From NCBI GenBank assembly GCA_964016885.1, contig OZ024740.1:111104001-111168000 (forward strand): DNA of 64,000 bases, in the 5' to 3' direction. Numbering within the stretch: position 1 is the first letter of the stretch; every line of letters begins with the position of its first letter. Source of the stretch: Eledone cirrhosa (taxonomy: Eukaryota). Below are positions 42,033-56,670 of the stretch, piece by piece. Under the pieces are notes generated by a model. The model searched no databases and was not told where the DNA came from. It saw only the letters and a list, made by a program, of their open reading frames with translations. The translations under genes were made by a program, and so were the position numbers.

Positions 42033-42974
42033 GCGTACATACATACATAAATACATACATACATGCTTATCTCAGTGCGCGTTTGTCATATTTGGATTAA
42101 AAGAATCGTTAAAGCGTCGGACATCATGGCTTGCCATGTCTTTTTGTTTTGTTGTTGTTTCGGTTCTTTACGTTCTGAGTTCGAATCCCGCTGCGGTCAA
42201 CTTTACTTTTCATCGTTTCGTGGTAGATAAATATAATAACAATTATATACTGTGGAGGGTTTAATCGTATAATCCATTCCTTCAAATTTCTGGTCATATT
42301 CTTATTTAAGAAATTAGTATTCTCTAACTTTTCCCTTTTGCTATTAAAAGAAATATATATATTTTTCATATTTTAAAAGATTATTAGCGAAGAATTGACG
42401 GATTCGTTATTAAATGCCTTGGTAATTCTTCCGGCTCCCTACGCTCTCAGTTCAAATCCCACTAAGGTCACCCCTGCCTTCTAGTATCAATAAAGTAGTA
42501 CCAGTTCAAGAGTGGGGAATTTATGGAATTGTTAATGAGTTTATATCTGGTAGCACATTTCTGCATCTGAGTTCAAATTTCGCTACTTTCTGTTAAGTGT
42601 TCCAACCGACAGATAGTATCACAATAAGAATAGCAGTGGAAACAATGATTCCTAGGTCAGACCTGACAATCGGGTCCTTAAGCAGGAAGTTTATATCGAG
42701 AGGTTAACCAATAAAAATTAATTTATAATTCTAACAGAAATATATAGGAAAGGTAGAATATTATTCATTCCCACTTTTTCTCAGGACTAATGTGAGCCAT
42801 ATGTCTGGTTTTGTTTGTTGTTACGGCTGAGACCTTCAAAGGGTCCGCGTAACTCTCATGAAGTGGCATCTCATTTCTTATGGTTATAGGTTACTTCGGC
42901 GATTTAATTATAGGGGCTGCAGTCCTAACATGTCACAATTTGTTCGATGTCAGGGGGAGAAGGTTTTGAACTTA

Positions 42975-43029
<55 letters not shown>

Positions 43030-43524
43030 CATTCTTTGATATGCAGGTGGTCGGACGAGTTGTACAGATCCGTACAAGGATCTGTACAGCTCGTCTATAC
43101 ACCTCGTCTGCGTAGCAAAGAATTTCTATATCTCTCGTAGATTTTATCTGAAATAGAATATGTTTTGGCTTATGCTATTTGGCTTGCATCTTCGAAATAC
43201 ATATAATAAAATAAATTGGGATGGTCTAAAGTAACTGTCTTTCGGTTTAGCAGTACCGGTAGAGGGTAGGAAAACATGCTTTGCAGCATAGAGTTACGCC
43301 CCTTTACGATCTGTGTTCAAATCCGGCCAAGGTTAACTTTGCCTTTCATGCTTACGGAGGTCGATAAAATAAAGTACCAGTAATGCACTGAGATAATTGT
43401 TGGCCTTGTGCCAAAAGAAGATACAATTATTATTATAAAACTCTGGCTAAACATATAACATCATTACTTGACATATGTTATATAAAAGTCTGCTGATTCT
43501 AAATCAACTAACTCTTTTTTTATT

Positions 43525-43567
<43 letters not shown>

Positions 43568-43670
43568 CATATATATATATGTGTGTGTGTGTGTATATAT
43601 ATATATGTGTATACCATAATCGTAGCTAATAATAACTAGTAGTAGCAGCAGCAGTAGCAGCAGCAGAAGC

Positions 43671-43716
<46 letters not shown>

Positions 43717-44177
43717 ATGGCAGTAGTCACATCCATTATTTCCCATCGTTTTACGATCTTAATCCAAGTGGATTTATATTCAAGTTTTATTTTTTCAGCG
43801 AGAAATTCAATATGGAAATCTTCTGTGTGGATGTTAAACTTAATTAATGTTCACCATATTGTTTCATTTCGGCTTTCACAGGGAGGATGGAACTAAAGTG
43901 GACAGAGGAGCAAGAAAATAAAGTAAACTGGGATGAGAGGAGGAAAAAGGGACGAAACAATGTTTAGTAGGAAAGCAAAGAATTGGATGAAATCAGAAGA
44001 AAATTTAAACTGACTAATAGACACCGAAAGAAGAATATTATGTAGGAGAAAAATACAATAGGTAAGTTAAATAACGTCAATGGTAAATATAAATGAGAAG
44101 CAATTATTCAACATTGGAATATAAAACAACCGTGTACACACACACACACCAACGCACGCGCACACACACACACACAC

Positions 44178-44238
<61 letters not shown>

Positions 44239-44931
44239 ACACACACACCACACATACACATACACACACTCACACACATACACAGGCACATACACACACT
44301 CACACACACACACACATATATATATATGTATAAAACTTATGAGCTGAATACACAGGTGCATTTCATGGAAAGAAACCTACCTTCCAACTACTTCACACTC
44401 TCTATCTCTCTGTTTCATCTTTTATTTCTCATTCTATCTTCTGGTGGAGGACTAGTGTCCAAAAACAAAACCTGACAAAAAGCGGAAGAACTGATAAGAG
44501 TCAACAGCCATCCAAAAATGTGTAAATATGTATATACACATGTACATATGTATGTATATGTATATGTGTATATGCATATGTGCATGTGTATGTATATGCG
44601 CGGAGACATAGAAATAGTTGGGCTGGATACTCGATCTCGTGGTTAAACCACTGTGGGGGTGAAGGACCCCTAACCTTTATCAAGGCATTCTTCTAAAGAA
44701 GGCAACTCAGGCGGCTCAGTAGTTACCGATGATGATCTTTTCTTCTTTTCGAGTTAGAGCTACTGTCGCTCAGAGAGTGGGATTGGTTCAGTCCACAGTC
44801 TTTCCTCACTTTAAAAAATCTTCACGCGCAGGCATTGTACGATAGAATTAATTAATAATTATTAATAATGGTATATCGTGCAATGGCCATACTCGATATC
44901 GAGGCGGCAGCCATCATATATATATATATAT

Positions 44932-45146
44932 AAAATAAAGTAAAATAAATGAGTCAAATGTTTAAAATTTAGCTTCGTTTATTACTGCGATATATATTTC
45001 AGTGACAGCCTCTTTGGCTGTGACCTCTTCAGGCAGTCCGAATTAGTGTGGTATAGACAAGTACATATGTTGTTGAGGTGTATAATTTTGTCAATACTCT
45101 GATATGCCCAGTTCCTGGTTGGGTTGTTATTTCACTGAGGAACTGG

Positions 45147-45150
<4 letters not shown>
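44932..45150 (-). mobile_element. HHR-bearing mini-element between (TA)n tracts
   Basis: ~220-bp unique island containing a complete hammerhead fold. Confidence 0.7.
44984..45037 (-). ncRNA. Type I hammerhead ribozyme candidate (best-formed in the window)
   Basis: Minus strand ACTGC-CTGAAGA-GGTCACAGCC-AAAGA-GGCTGTCACT-GAAA-TATATA-TC-GCAGT: 5-bp helix I, 9/10-bp helix II, palindromic helix III, AUC site. Confidence 0.85.
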
Positions 45151-45185
<35 letters not shown>

Positions 45186-45192
<7 letters not shown>

Positions 45193-45360
45193 GTGAGGTG
45201 TTTTTACAAAATGAAAAAAAAACGATGTGTCCTACACGAGTGAGAGTATAAGGAAAAAGATGAAATCGAAAATGCAACTTGAGTATTTTTTTTTTTAAAT
45301 ATATATTTATTTGGTTCCTTTACCGATTTCGCAGTTCTTCTGCGTTTCAAAAGTAGAATT
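45186..45360 (-). mobile_element. Mini-element family E; copies at 55619-55810 and a fold-back copy at 56105-56272
   Basis: Three alignable copies, each with CAGAAGA-ACTGC-GAAA-(C/T)CG-GTA, next to (TA)n. Confidence 0.75.
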
Positions 45361-46622
45361 ATGATCTTGCAATTAATTTGAAAATTCAGTCCTTTGACTA
45401 ATTGCTATAGCTATGGGTTTTGGGTTTACACATTAAAACATACGCTAGAAATAGCAGCCCAAATCACTGAAACATTTAAAATGGTGGGTATTTTCGATAA
45501 TAAATTAATATTAACACGGATTGTTTACCATCATGAAATTCAAAAGAATTTCATATTTCTTGTAGAAATGTGTTTGACGACTCGTAATATAGGCATACTA
45601 TGCGATACTGGTTACAAGAATGGTAACTTTGAAAGTATACTTTATCATTGGGGCTAACAGTAGGTAAATAAATGAAGATCTTTAAATGTATTCATAAATG
45701 TAAGTAAATGTATCCACATCCCCTGTGACATTACATATATGCGATAGATATATATATCAATAATATAATTGTTTCTAGTTTTGGCACAAGGCCAGCAATT
45801 ACCCAGTCCATTACTGGTACTTTATTTTATCGACCCCGTAAGGATGAAAGGCAAAGTTAACCTCGGCGGGATTTGAACACAGAATGGCAAGGACCGTAAC
45901 TCGATGCGTCAAAGCATGGCGTCCAACCCTCTACCGATATGCGGTATGGTTCGGTAACTTGTGAGGGTCTCGTACGGACGTTGTATTGAGATACGATGTT
46001 TCTTGGGCATTTCAAAACCTGGTTGAGTCCATCTCCTCTCCTGTATGAACACAGCAAATTTCTTCTGGAGAAAGAGATATCGAGGAAGAATCGACCTCAG
46101 TACTAGACTGGTACTTTTTATCGACTTCGAAAGTTTGAAAGGCACAATTGATCACGGTGGGATTTGAACGCAGAGAGTAGAGAGCAGGAAAATATCCGAT
46201 GTTCTAACGAATCTGCCAACTCGCAGATTTTATATACTCTTTTATCAGTTCCAGCCATCCGGCTGAGGCCATGCTGGGGCATAGCCCTTGATATATATAC
46301 ATATAAACATGTCAAATTCACGTATTTGCACGTAGATTGAAAAAAATGATGTATTTAATATACATTAGAAATTTAGTATTTGTAGCAATATGTGAAAACG
46401 GAAGGGAACAAAATATTGACATAAAGAATCTATGTTTTCATATATGTTTATTCGAGTCATGAAAAACAACGAAGAACAGAAAATGCTATACTTATTTGAT
46501 GTTTCCTCGACACAATTCCGTGAGTGCATGCGCGCGCGCGCGCGTGTGTGTGAGCGCGCGTGTGAGTGTGTATGTGTATATAATACTGTTGGCTTCTTGC
46601 TATAATAATTTCTATAATTTTC

Positions 46623-46678
<56 letters not shown>

Positions 46679-46774
46679 GGAGAGTTTATGAATTAAACAA
46701 AATGCACACACGCGCGCACACACACACATATATATATGTATCTATATGTATATTTCTTTCTCTCTTTCTCTCTC

Positions 46775-46865
<91 letters not shown>

Positions 46866-47306
46866 ATGTATTTGTATATATGTAGTCATACTTACATTCA
46901 TAATTTCAAACATACAAACATGCGTACATACATACATATGTCTTTAGATTATCTCATATTAACCTCAACTCAAATAAAATCACACATATGCACATATATA
47001 CACAGACATGTACACTCACTTAGTCACACGCTTATATACTCACACATAAGCCTATTGACATGCATACACATGTAGATCTCCATTTTCACATAGGCCTATA
47101 TATTCACACACAAACACACAGAAGCATATTTAGACACATTAATTGTCGTTAACTTGCACACATATACACAACTCACACACATGCACATGCACGCACTTAC
47201 TCGCATACACAGATACATGGTCAGACGTGGAGAGAGACAAGCATACATACATATGCCTACAAACACACATGCTCTCATAAGTACATAGTTGCAGCCTGAC
47301 ATTCAC

Positions 47307-47379
<73 letters not shown>

Positions 47380-47397
<18 letters not shown>

Positions 47398-48330
47398 GAG
47401 AAAAACACATCCATAGATAGAAACAGATACACATATACAGAGGCAGAAACACATACGTGGAGACAAACCTACACATACGTACGCATACAGACAGACACAT
47501 ATACACACACACACACACACAGATAGAAACAGATACACATTTATAGAGGCAGAAACACATACGTGGAGACAAACCTACACATACATACATACATACACAT
47601 ACAGACATACACATGCAGACATACACTTACAGACATACACACACAGACATACACACACAGACATACACATACAGACATACTCACAGAGACATACACACAC
47701 AGACATACACATACAGACATACACACATAGACATACACACACACACAGACATACACACACAGACATACACATGCAGACATACACACACAGGCATACACAT
47801 GCAGACATACACATGCAGACATACACACACAGACATACACATGCAGACATACACATACAGACATACACACACAGACATACACACACAGCCATACATATAC
47901 AGACATACACACAGAGACATACACACACAGACATACACATACAGACATACACACACACACAGACATACACACACAGACATATACATGCAGACATACACAC
48001 ACAGACATACACATACAGACCTATACACACAGACATACTCATATACAGATAGACACATACACAGATAGAAAGAGATACACATATACAGAGGCAGAAACAT
48101 ATAAGTGGAGACAAACATACACATACATACATACACATACGGAAACATATGCACAGGCAGAAACATACACAGATAGAAAGAAATACACATATATAGAGGC
48201 AGAAACGCATACGTGTTGACATACATACATATACAGACACATAGATATATACACGCATATAGTGACAAATACAAACATTAGCAGACAGGCACACTTAGAC
48301 ACACGCACACATAGTGGTATACACACACAT
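47380..48330. repeat. (CAGACATACACA)-type compound minisatellite
   Basis: Dozens of 12-16-bp units, plus a longer duplicated unit (GAGGCAGAAACACATACGTGGAGACAAAC). Confidence 0.9.
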
Positions 48331-49702
48331 ATAGAGACCTGCAGTCACACATATATAAAGAAATACAAACCCTCATACACACAAACAATCTAAACAAAGA
48401 GACAAAAACTTCACCAAATTCAGGATGACCCGCCACCTGTCAGGACGATGAAAAAACAATGCATATTATGATTGATGAGTTGGCCATACATATGATGCCT
48501 TCCTCTAGTGTACAGATTAGTCACTGCAGAGCGATGGGCCGGAAAATAGGACACCTGCTTTTATCATTACATAGATTTAGAAAAAGAGAGTGCGGCCCGA
48601 ACCTCGTTACTCCGAACCTTCGAACTCATTACTAGTTCCATATCATTCTCTCTCACTCCTCTCCTCCACCATGACCCAAATCTACCACCGCCGCCACCGC
48701 CGCCGCCACCACCACCACCAGCATCACAACCACGATCACGACCATCACCACCGTCACCACCGTCACCACCGTCACCAACACGACCACCACGAACACCACC
48801 ACCACGACCACCACGACCACCATCACCATCACCATCACCACCACCATCACCACCACCACTATCACCACCACCACCACCACCACCACCACCATCACCACCA
48901 CTATCACCACCACCACCACCATCACCACCACTATCACCACCACCACCACCACCACCACCACCACCACCACCACCACCACCACCACCACCACCACCACCAC
49001 CACCACCACCACCACCACCACCACCACCACCACTAGACAAACGCACATGGACTCGTTCAAAATGTTTATTTCTTTTCACTTGAGTGTATGTGTGTGTTAC
49101 TATGGTTGTGTTGTTATTGTTTTGTTGTTACTATTATTGTTGTGTTGTTCTTATTGTTGTTGTTTTTATTACTAGTTTTGTGATGTTGTTATTATTGTTG
49201 CTTTTATTGTTGTGTTGTGTTGCGTTGTATGTATTGTTACTGTTGAGTTGTTGCTGTTGTTGTTTTGTTGTGTTGTTGTTCATATTGTTGCGTCGTGTTG
49301 TTTACTATTGTTGTTGGTGTTATTGTGTGTTGTTCTTATTTATTGTTGCTTTGTTGGTGTTGTTATTGTTATTTGTTGTGTTGTTGTTGTTGTTATTGTG
49401 TGTTGTTCTTATTTATTGTTGCTTTGTTGGTGTTGTTATTGTTATTTGTTGTGTTGTTAGTGTTTTCATTGTTGTGCTTCCTATGCGTTCTTTTTTTGTA
49501 TATTTTAAAATTATTTGTTTTATCTTTTTTTATTCTCTTCTATTTATCTTTCTCTTTGTTTCCTTTCACAGCTTTTTACGAAAGAATTTACTACTACTAC
49601 TACTACTACTACTGCTACTACTACTACTTCTACTACTACTACTACTACTACTACCACAGCTACTACTACTACTACTACTACTACTACCTCATCCACCATC
49701 AC

Positions 49703-50715
49703 CTTATCGACCCCGTAAGGATGAAAGGCAAAGCTAATCTTAGCAGGATTTGAACTCAGATCGTAAAGGGGTGTAACTCAATGCTACAAAGCATAGTGTC
49801 CGACGCTCTATACTAATAATTGTTTCTGATTTTGGCACAAGGCCAGCAATTACTCCAGTGCATTACTGGTAATTTAGTTTATTGACCTCGGCAGGATTGA
49901 ACTCAGATGGGCTGTCACTCTATGCAGCAAAGCATAGCGTCCGACGCTCTACCGATACTGCCAATCCACGCTCAACAATAATTGTTTCTACATTTGGCAC
50001 AAGGCCAGCAATTACTCAGTACATTTATTTTATCGGCTTTATTTTATCGACCCCGTAAGGATGAAAGGCAAAGTTTACCTCGGCGGGATTTGAACTCAGA
50101 ATGGCAAGGGTCGTAACTCTATGCATCAAAGCATGGCGTCCAACCCTCTACCGATACTGCCAATCCACCGCCCTAATAATAATTGTTTCTACATTAGGCA
50201 CAAGGCCAGCAATTACCCAGTACATTACTGGTACTTTATTTTATCGACCCCGTAAGGATGAAAGGTAAAGTTAACCTCGGCGGGATTTGAACTCAGACTG
50301 TAAAGGGACGTAATTATGCTAGAAAGCATGGCGTCCAACCCTCTACCGATACTGCCAATCCACCGCCCTAATAATAATTGTTTCTACATTAGGCACAAGG
50401 CCAGCAATTACCCAGTACATTACTGGTACTTTATTTTATCGACCCCGTAAGGATGAAAGGTAAAGTTAACCTCGGCGGGATTTGAACTCAGACTGTAAAG
50501 GGACGTAACTATGCTAGAAAGCATGGCGTCCAACCCTCTACCGATACTGCCAATTCACCGCCTTAATAATAATAATGATTTCTATCATAGGCACAAAGCT
50601 AGCAGTTTTGGAGGAGGGGAACGTCGATTAAATTGACCCCAGTACATTACTGGTACTTTATTTTATCGACCCCGTAAGGATGAAAGGCAAAAGCTAGCCA
50701 CGGCTGGATTTCAAT
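49703..50715 (-). repeat. Head-to-tail array of about 6 SINE family 1 copies (~195-200-bp period)
   Basis: GGCACAA anchors at 49834, 49996, 50197, 50392 and 50590. Two adjacent units are almost identical. Confidence 0.92.
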
Positions 50716-51389
50716 ACGTCCATCCTTCCACACCACTATATCTTTTACTACAGTTTTGGATAATTTATTTTTATCCGTTTATTATTTAGTCATGGAGCTC
50801 CCGTTTATTTTAGAGGTCCCTGTATTGAGTAACCCCTTTACATCCACTTGCCCTTCTATTCACTCTTCCTATTCCTCTTTCATGCCCTCCTCATTCGTAT
50901 TCTCCTCTCACTTCATTATAAAATCCACCTCTTATTACACCTACTGTGACCACTCAGTATCCTCTTCACAATCCACGTCAGAGTGTCCACTCATCCAGCC
51001 ACTTCTCTTCGCAATCTACACACATGTAAATACATATACACTAATGACATATACACTAATGGCACATATATATATGGATGCATACATATTTATTTTCGTA
51101 TGTATGTATGTATTTATGTATGTATTTATGTATGTCTGTATATATGCATATATATATATACATACGTACATAAATACATACATAAATACATACATACGCG
51201 CACATACATACATACGAAAATAAATACATACATACTTACTCAGTATCCACTTCACAATCCACGTAATCTACACACTAATATACACACATGTACATACATA
51301 TACACTAATATACAATAATTTACACACATATATATATATATATGGATGCATACATACATATATGCATGCATACATAAATACATACATAG

Positions 51390-51610
51390 TGAAGGCGCGT
51401 GGCTGAGTGGTAAGAGAATTGGATTATCAATCATGAAGTTGTGAGTTCGATTCCTAGACCGGGCGATGCGTTATGTCCTTGAGCAAGACTCTTTATTTCA
51501 CGTTGTTCCTTCTACCTGGAGTTGCGACCGATAGATAGTATTAGCAATTAGAAAGACCAACGGATACATCGTTTCCTCGGTCCGATCTGACGAAAGTCGA
51601 TCGACTGTCG
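51390..51610 (+). mobile_element. tRNA-derived SINE (family 2)
   Basis: TGGCTGAGTGG A box, GAGTTCGATTC B box. Aligns with the reverse complement of 8021-8240. Confidence 0.85.
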
Positions 51611-52661
51611 ATACATACATACATACACACATACATTCGAAAATAAATACATACATACATGCATGCTTGCGCTCATACATATACAGATACATACAAACAT
51701 ACATACATACACTCATACATACACACATACATACACACATACATACATACACATATACATACATGTATGCATACATACACACATTCATATTCTTTTATAA
51801 ATTTATGAGATACAGTTGTAAGACAGCTGCCACCATTAAAATTGAAGTCGATCTTCTACTCTAGTATCTATTTTTTTCAAGTCTGGTATTATTTTTTGGG
51901 TCTCCTTGTTTTTCTTCCGAAATTCCAAGTTACGGTTATAAACCTGAACCTAAACACATACACGTACACACACACACACACACATACATTCACACACAGA
52001 TACACACATGCACACAGATACACACACATACACACATATACACACACACACACACAAACCCATACACACCCAAACACACACATGTACGCATAAACGCAGG
52101 CACACACACGCACGCACGCACGCACACACTCACACATACTCATACATACTCATACACACTGAGATATATATGAGGAGTTTTCTGTAGTTTCCAAATACCA
52201 AATTTCACTCAGGCGGCATTGGTGAATCTGAAGCTATAGTAGCAAATACCAGTCCAATTGTTAGGGAAGACCAACAGTCACGTATGCAGGCAATTCTCCA
52301 CTCTCTACACCACTGATGTTGTTCAATGGAAATAAAAGGCTCTATAGAGGTTGGCATTATTGTAGATGTAAGGACGAAAGGCAAAGTTAACCTCGGTTCA
52401 AATCCCGCTGAGGTTAACTTTGCCTTTCATCCTTACGGGGTCGATAAAATAAAGTACCAGTATAATTGCTGGCCTTGTGCCAAAAGTGGAAACAATTATT
52501 GTAGATGCAGAAATACTCACAATGCTAAATACTGCAAGTCGCTCTAATATGTCCGTCAGTTCACCGTATTAGACGAGTAATTTATTTATCAACTTCCAAA
52601 GGATAAAAATGCCAAAATTGACCTTGGTGGGACTCAGGCCTCGAAAAGCCGTAACAATTAT

Positions 52662-52790
52662 CGCGAGATGGAATGTCTCTTCCGGTGCATTTACCATACC
52701 ATCCTACGGGGAAACGCCTTCTCCATTATGTCCGCCGGGGCTGTGAGGCAACCAGCACGTGGGACCCCATTTGCTCACTATACAGAGAGA
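52662..52790 (+). mobile_element. Second CRE-like LINE 3' remnant
   Basis: EMECLFRCIYHTILRGNAFSIMSAGAV aligns to ELEWLFQRVSLAVLRRNASSILSAGAV in 38984-39286. Confidence 0.65.
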
Positions 52791-55169
52791 TGGGGAGGGC
52801 GAGAGAGATGGGGCGATGACGGTGGGAGTTCGGCTCTTCCGTGTTCGGACACATTGCACCTGTCAAGAGTGTATTTTCATACTTGTGATGAATATTGTGA
52901 ATTACTATCAAAGGCCACGACTGTGCTAGCGATGAGTATTACCGTGTAGCATTAAATCCGAAGCTCTAGCAAATTTGTCAATTTTTTTTATTGTTGTTGT
53001 TGATGGACTGAACAATTGATAGAATACTTCGTATTTTCTTTTACGGTTCTCTGTAGCCTGAGTTCAAATCCTGCAGACATCAAATTTGCTTTTCATCCGT
53101 TCGAGGTCGTTAAAGTACCAGTCTAGTACTAGGATATATTCTTTCTCTATATCTCAGTTCCTCTCTGACTCTCTCTCTCTCGCTCGCTCTCTCTTGTTCT
53201 CCCTCCCTCTCTCTCACGCTCACATGGTCGCTTTCCCTGGAAGAAATCAGCTGTGATCAAACATAGAGAGGGACGGGTTCCATCATGTTTAAATATTCAA
53301 AACAAGCCGTACATCACAATGGTACCTCTCCATGTGGAACCATGGCATGGCACGACGAGTTTAATTATACATTTCATACGGTGTTTTAATCGGTACATTC
53401 TGTTTAATGTCATCGGCAATAAAGCATTTGATATCTGCCCTGGGGCTAATGTCGATAGGACATACTCAGGCTTCTTTCTAGATTCATGAATGTCGTCTTC
53501 TTTCTTTTCAGTTTTGTTGGCCATTTATATAGAACAGATTTCTGTAGCCATATTGGAGATTTTCTTTCGTGGCTTCATTTATTTTGAGTATTTTGGGGAG
53601 TTGGGTTCCAATAACAATAATGCGGATTATGGTGAAAACAGCAAGAACAATAACAACAACAGCTACTACTACTACTACTACTACTACTGTTTCTGATTCT
53701 GCTGCTGTTATTGTTAGAGAGCCACGTCTGTTATATGAGCTTTATTGATTTTGCTCAATTATAGTCTTGAACTTTTTAATATTGTTGCAACACTGACCAG
53801 CGAAAGTGAGACATAGTCGTTTCTATGTTCGACAATGTAAGCGGCCGAATCGGCTCAAACCTTTTGTAAAAAAAAGTTATTTTAAATTTTAATCGTAAAA
53901 AGTATTGTGTAAAAGTGAGGGTCTGTTTGTTTAAAAGAGCTCGTACAATCCACATGTGTAGAACATTGTCAAACACTATCTAGTATCAATTCATATAATG
54001 CTCAGACCTTCCTTTGTTTTAGAACAGTTGGGGACCTTTTAATCTGAAGTGCCAGTTTTAGTTCAAAACTAAAGAAAAGTCGAGACTATCGGAACAGCAT
54101 AACCAAGAAACTATACAAGAGAATATAAATTTCGATAATTCAATGCAAGTTGGGGCTTTTAATCTCATCTGAAATTGCTTCACTGTCAATGTAATAAGTC
54201 GTGGCTTATAATTGAATATAGAAATGCAGATTTAATAAAATTAGAAGAAAAAAATTTAAAGAGCATAAGAAAGTTTGAGATGGACCTATATAGAGCTGTG
54301 GGATCCCAACCCCTTCTCTAGATCCTTCCGTTAGGGCTTTCTCGATAAACATTATGCCTTTTCGGCATCAGATTTTTTTTTTTCGGGAAGATTGTGAAAT
54401 CACTCAGACCTTTTAACAAGTGTTGTAGCACATCAATGCATACAATCGCATGTTCTACTAAAAGTAACAGTCAAATCTCACTTAGGCCACGAAGGGCACA
54501 TTAGACAATACAGTTACTGTTTCATGGAGCATGAATATAAGACAGGGTGGTCATAGATGGAACGCATGTGTTTATTGAATTGAATGATTAGTACAGACCT
54601 AGAATATCTAGCTTTCTATCTCCCCTAAGAAACTTTATTTGAAATAAGAAAGGAAATAAGAGAACTGAATAACCAACTCAGACCTAAGTCAACTCCGGTG
54701 GTCTCCGAAGGCCTTACCTAACAAAATACCTAGCCGACAACAACAATATCCGTTGCTTTCCTGTTTACACAAATGTACTGGGATAACCGCCGTCATATTT
54801 AAACATTATTTACACATAATAAATCAAATGCGAACGACCACTAACAATGACAATAACAATAACACCACCAACCATCAACGACACAAATCATTTGTCCAAA
54901 CAACAAGCAACACATCGTTCATTCTCTGGCATAATTTCCGTTTTTATAGTTTTAGCAAATATCGGAATGTAGTGGGAAAATACGAATCTCTTGCGCGACG
55001 GCTATACAACGACAGAACATGGTGATAGAACTGATTAAATTACATATTTAGAATAACTTTTGATTTGGGTGTTTTAAGTGTTTTGTGTCATATACGCAGT
55101 GAAGGCACTGGATTTAATGATTAGGTTTTCATGATAGTACGGTCGTGAGTTCGATATATACACACACAC

Positions 55170-55254
<85 letters not shown>

Positions 55255-55854
55255 CATGTGCGTGTATATGTGAGTGTGTGTGAGGGTACATAAAGTTTTG
55301 TTTATGTATATCTAGAATGAAAACTTAAACAAAATAACTGCTTACCAGAGAATTTCACTCGACGGTATTCTTTGACTCGTATAACATAAATACCCAAGCG
55401 GGGGAATATGATATTTAGGCCCAGAAGAAATCACGGTGTATATAATATAATTGTTTCTACTTTTGGCACAAGGCCAGCAATTATACCAGTGTATTACTGG
55501 TACTTTATTTTATCGACCCCGTAAGGATGAAGAGCAAAGTTAACCCAGGCGGGATTTGAACTCAGACCATAAAGGGCTGTATATAATATAATACTTGCCT
55601 ATATTATATATATATATATTAGAAAGTGAGTTTTTTTTTACAAAATGAAAAATAACCGAGGTGTCCTACACGAGTGAAAGTATAAAGAAAAAAAGATGAA
55701 ATCGAAAATGCAACTGGAGTCTTATTATTTCAATATATATATATATATATATTTATTTATTTGGTTCCTTTACCGGTTTCGCAGTTCTTCTGCTTTTCAA
55801 AAGTAGAGTTGAGATGGAGGGTCTGTGGTTTTTCTCACATCTATATGTGTGTGT

Positions 55855-56592
<738 letters not shown>

Positions 56593-56605
56593 TACACACA
56601 CACAT

Positions 56606-56670
<65 letters not shown>

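Noticed and set aside
48567-49079. Poly-His / poly-Gly ORFs
   Set aside because: (CAC)n repeat. No supportable splice or homology evidence.
49703-50715. CRISPR-like regular repeats
   Set aside because: Units are whole ~195-bp SINEs with no unique spacers, in a eukaryotic context with no cas genes.
51390-51470. tRNA gene
   Set aside because: A and B boxes are present but there is no complete cloverleaf, and it continues into a SINE body repeated at 8021-8240.
53297-53524. 75-aa non-repetitive ORF (MANKTEKK...)
   Set aside because: No recognisable motif or convincing splice context. Chance ORF or unidentifiable remnant.
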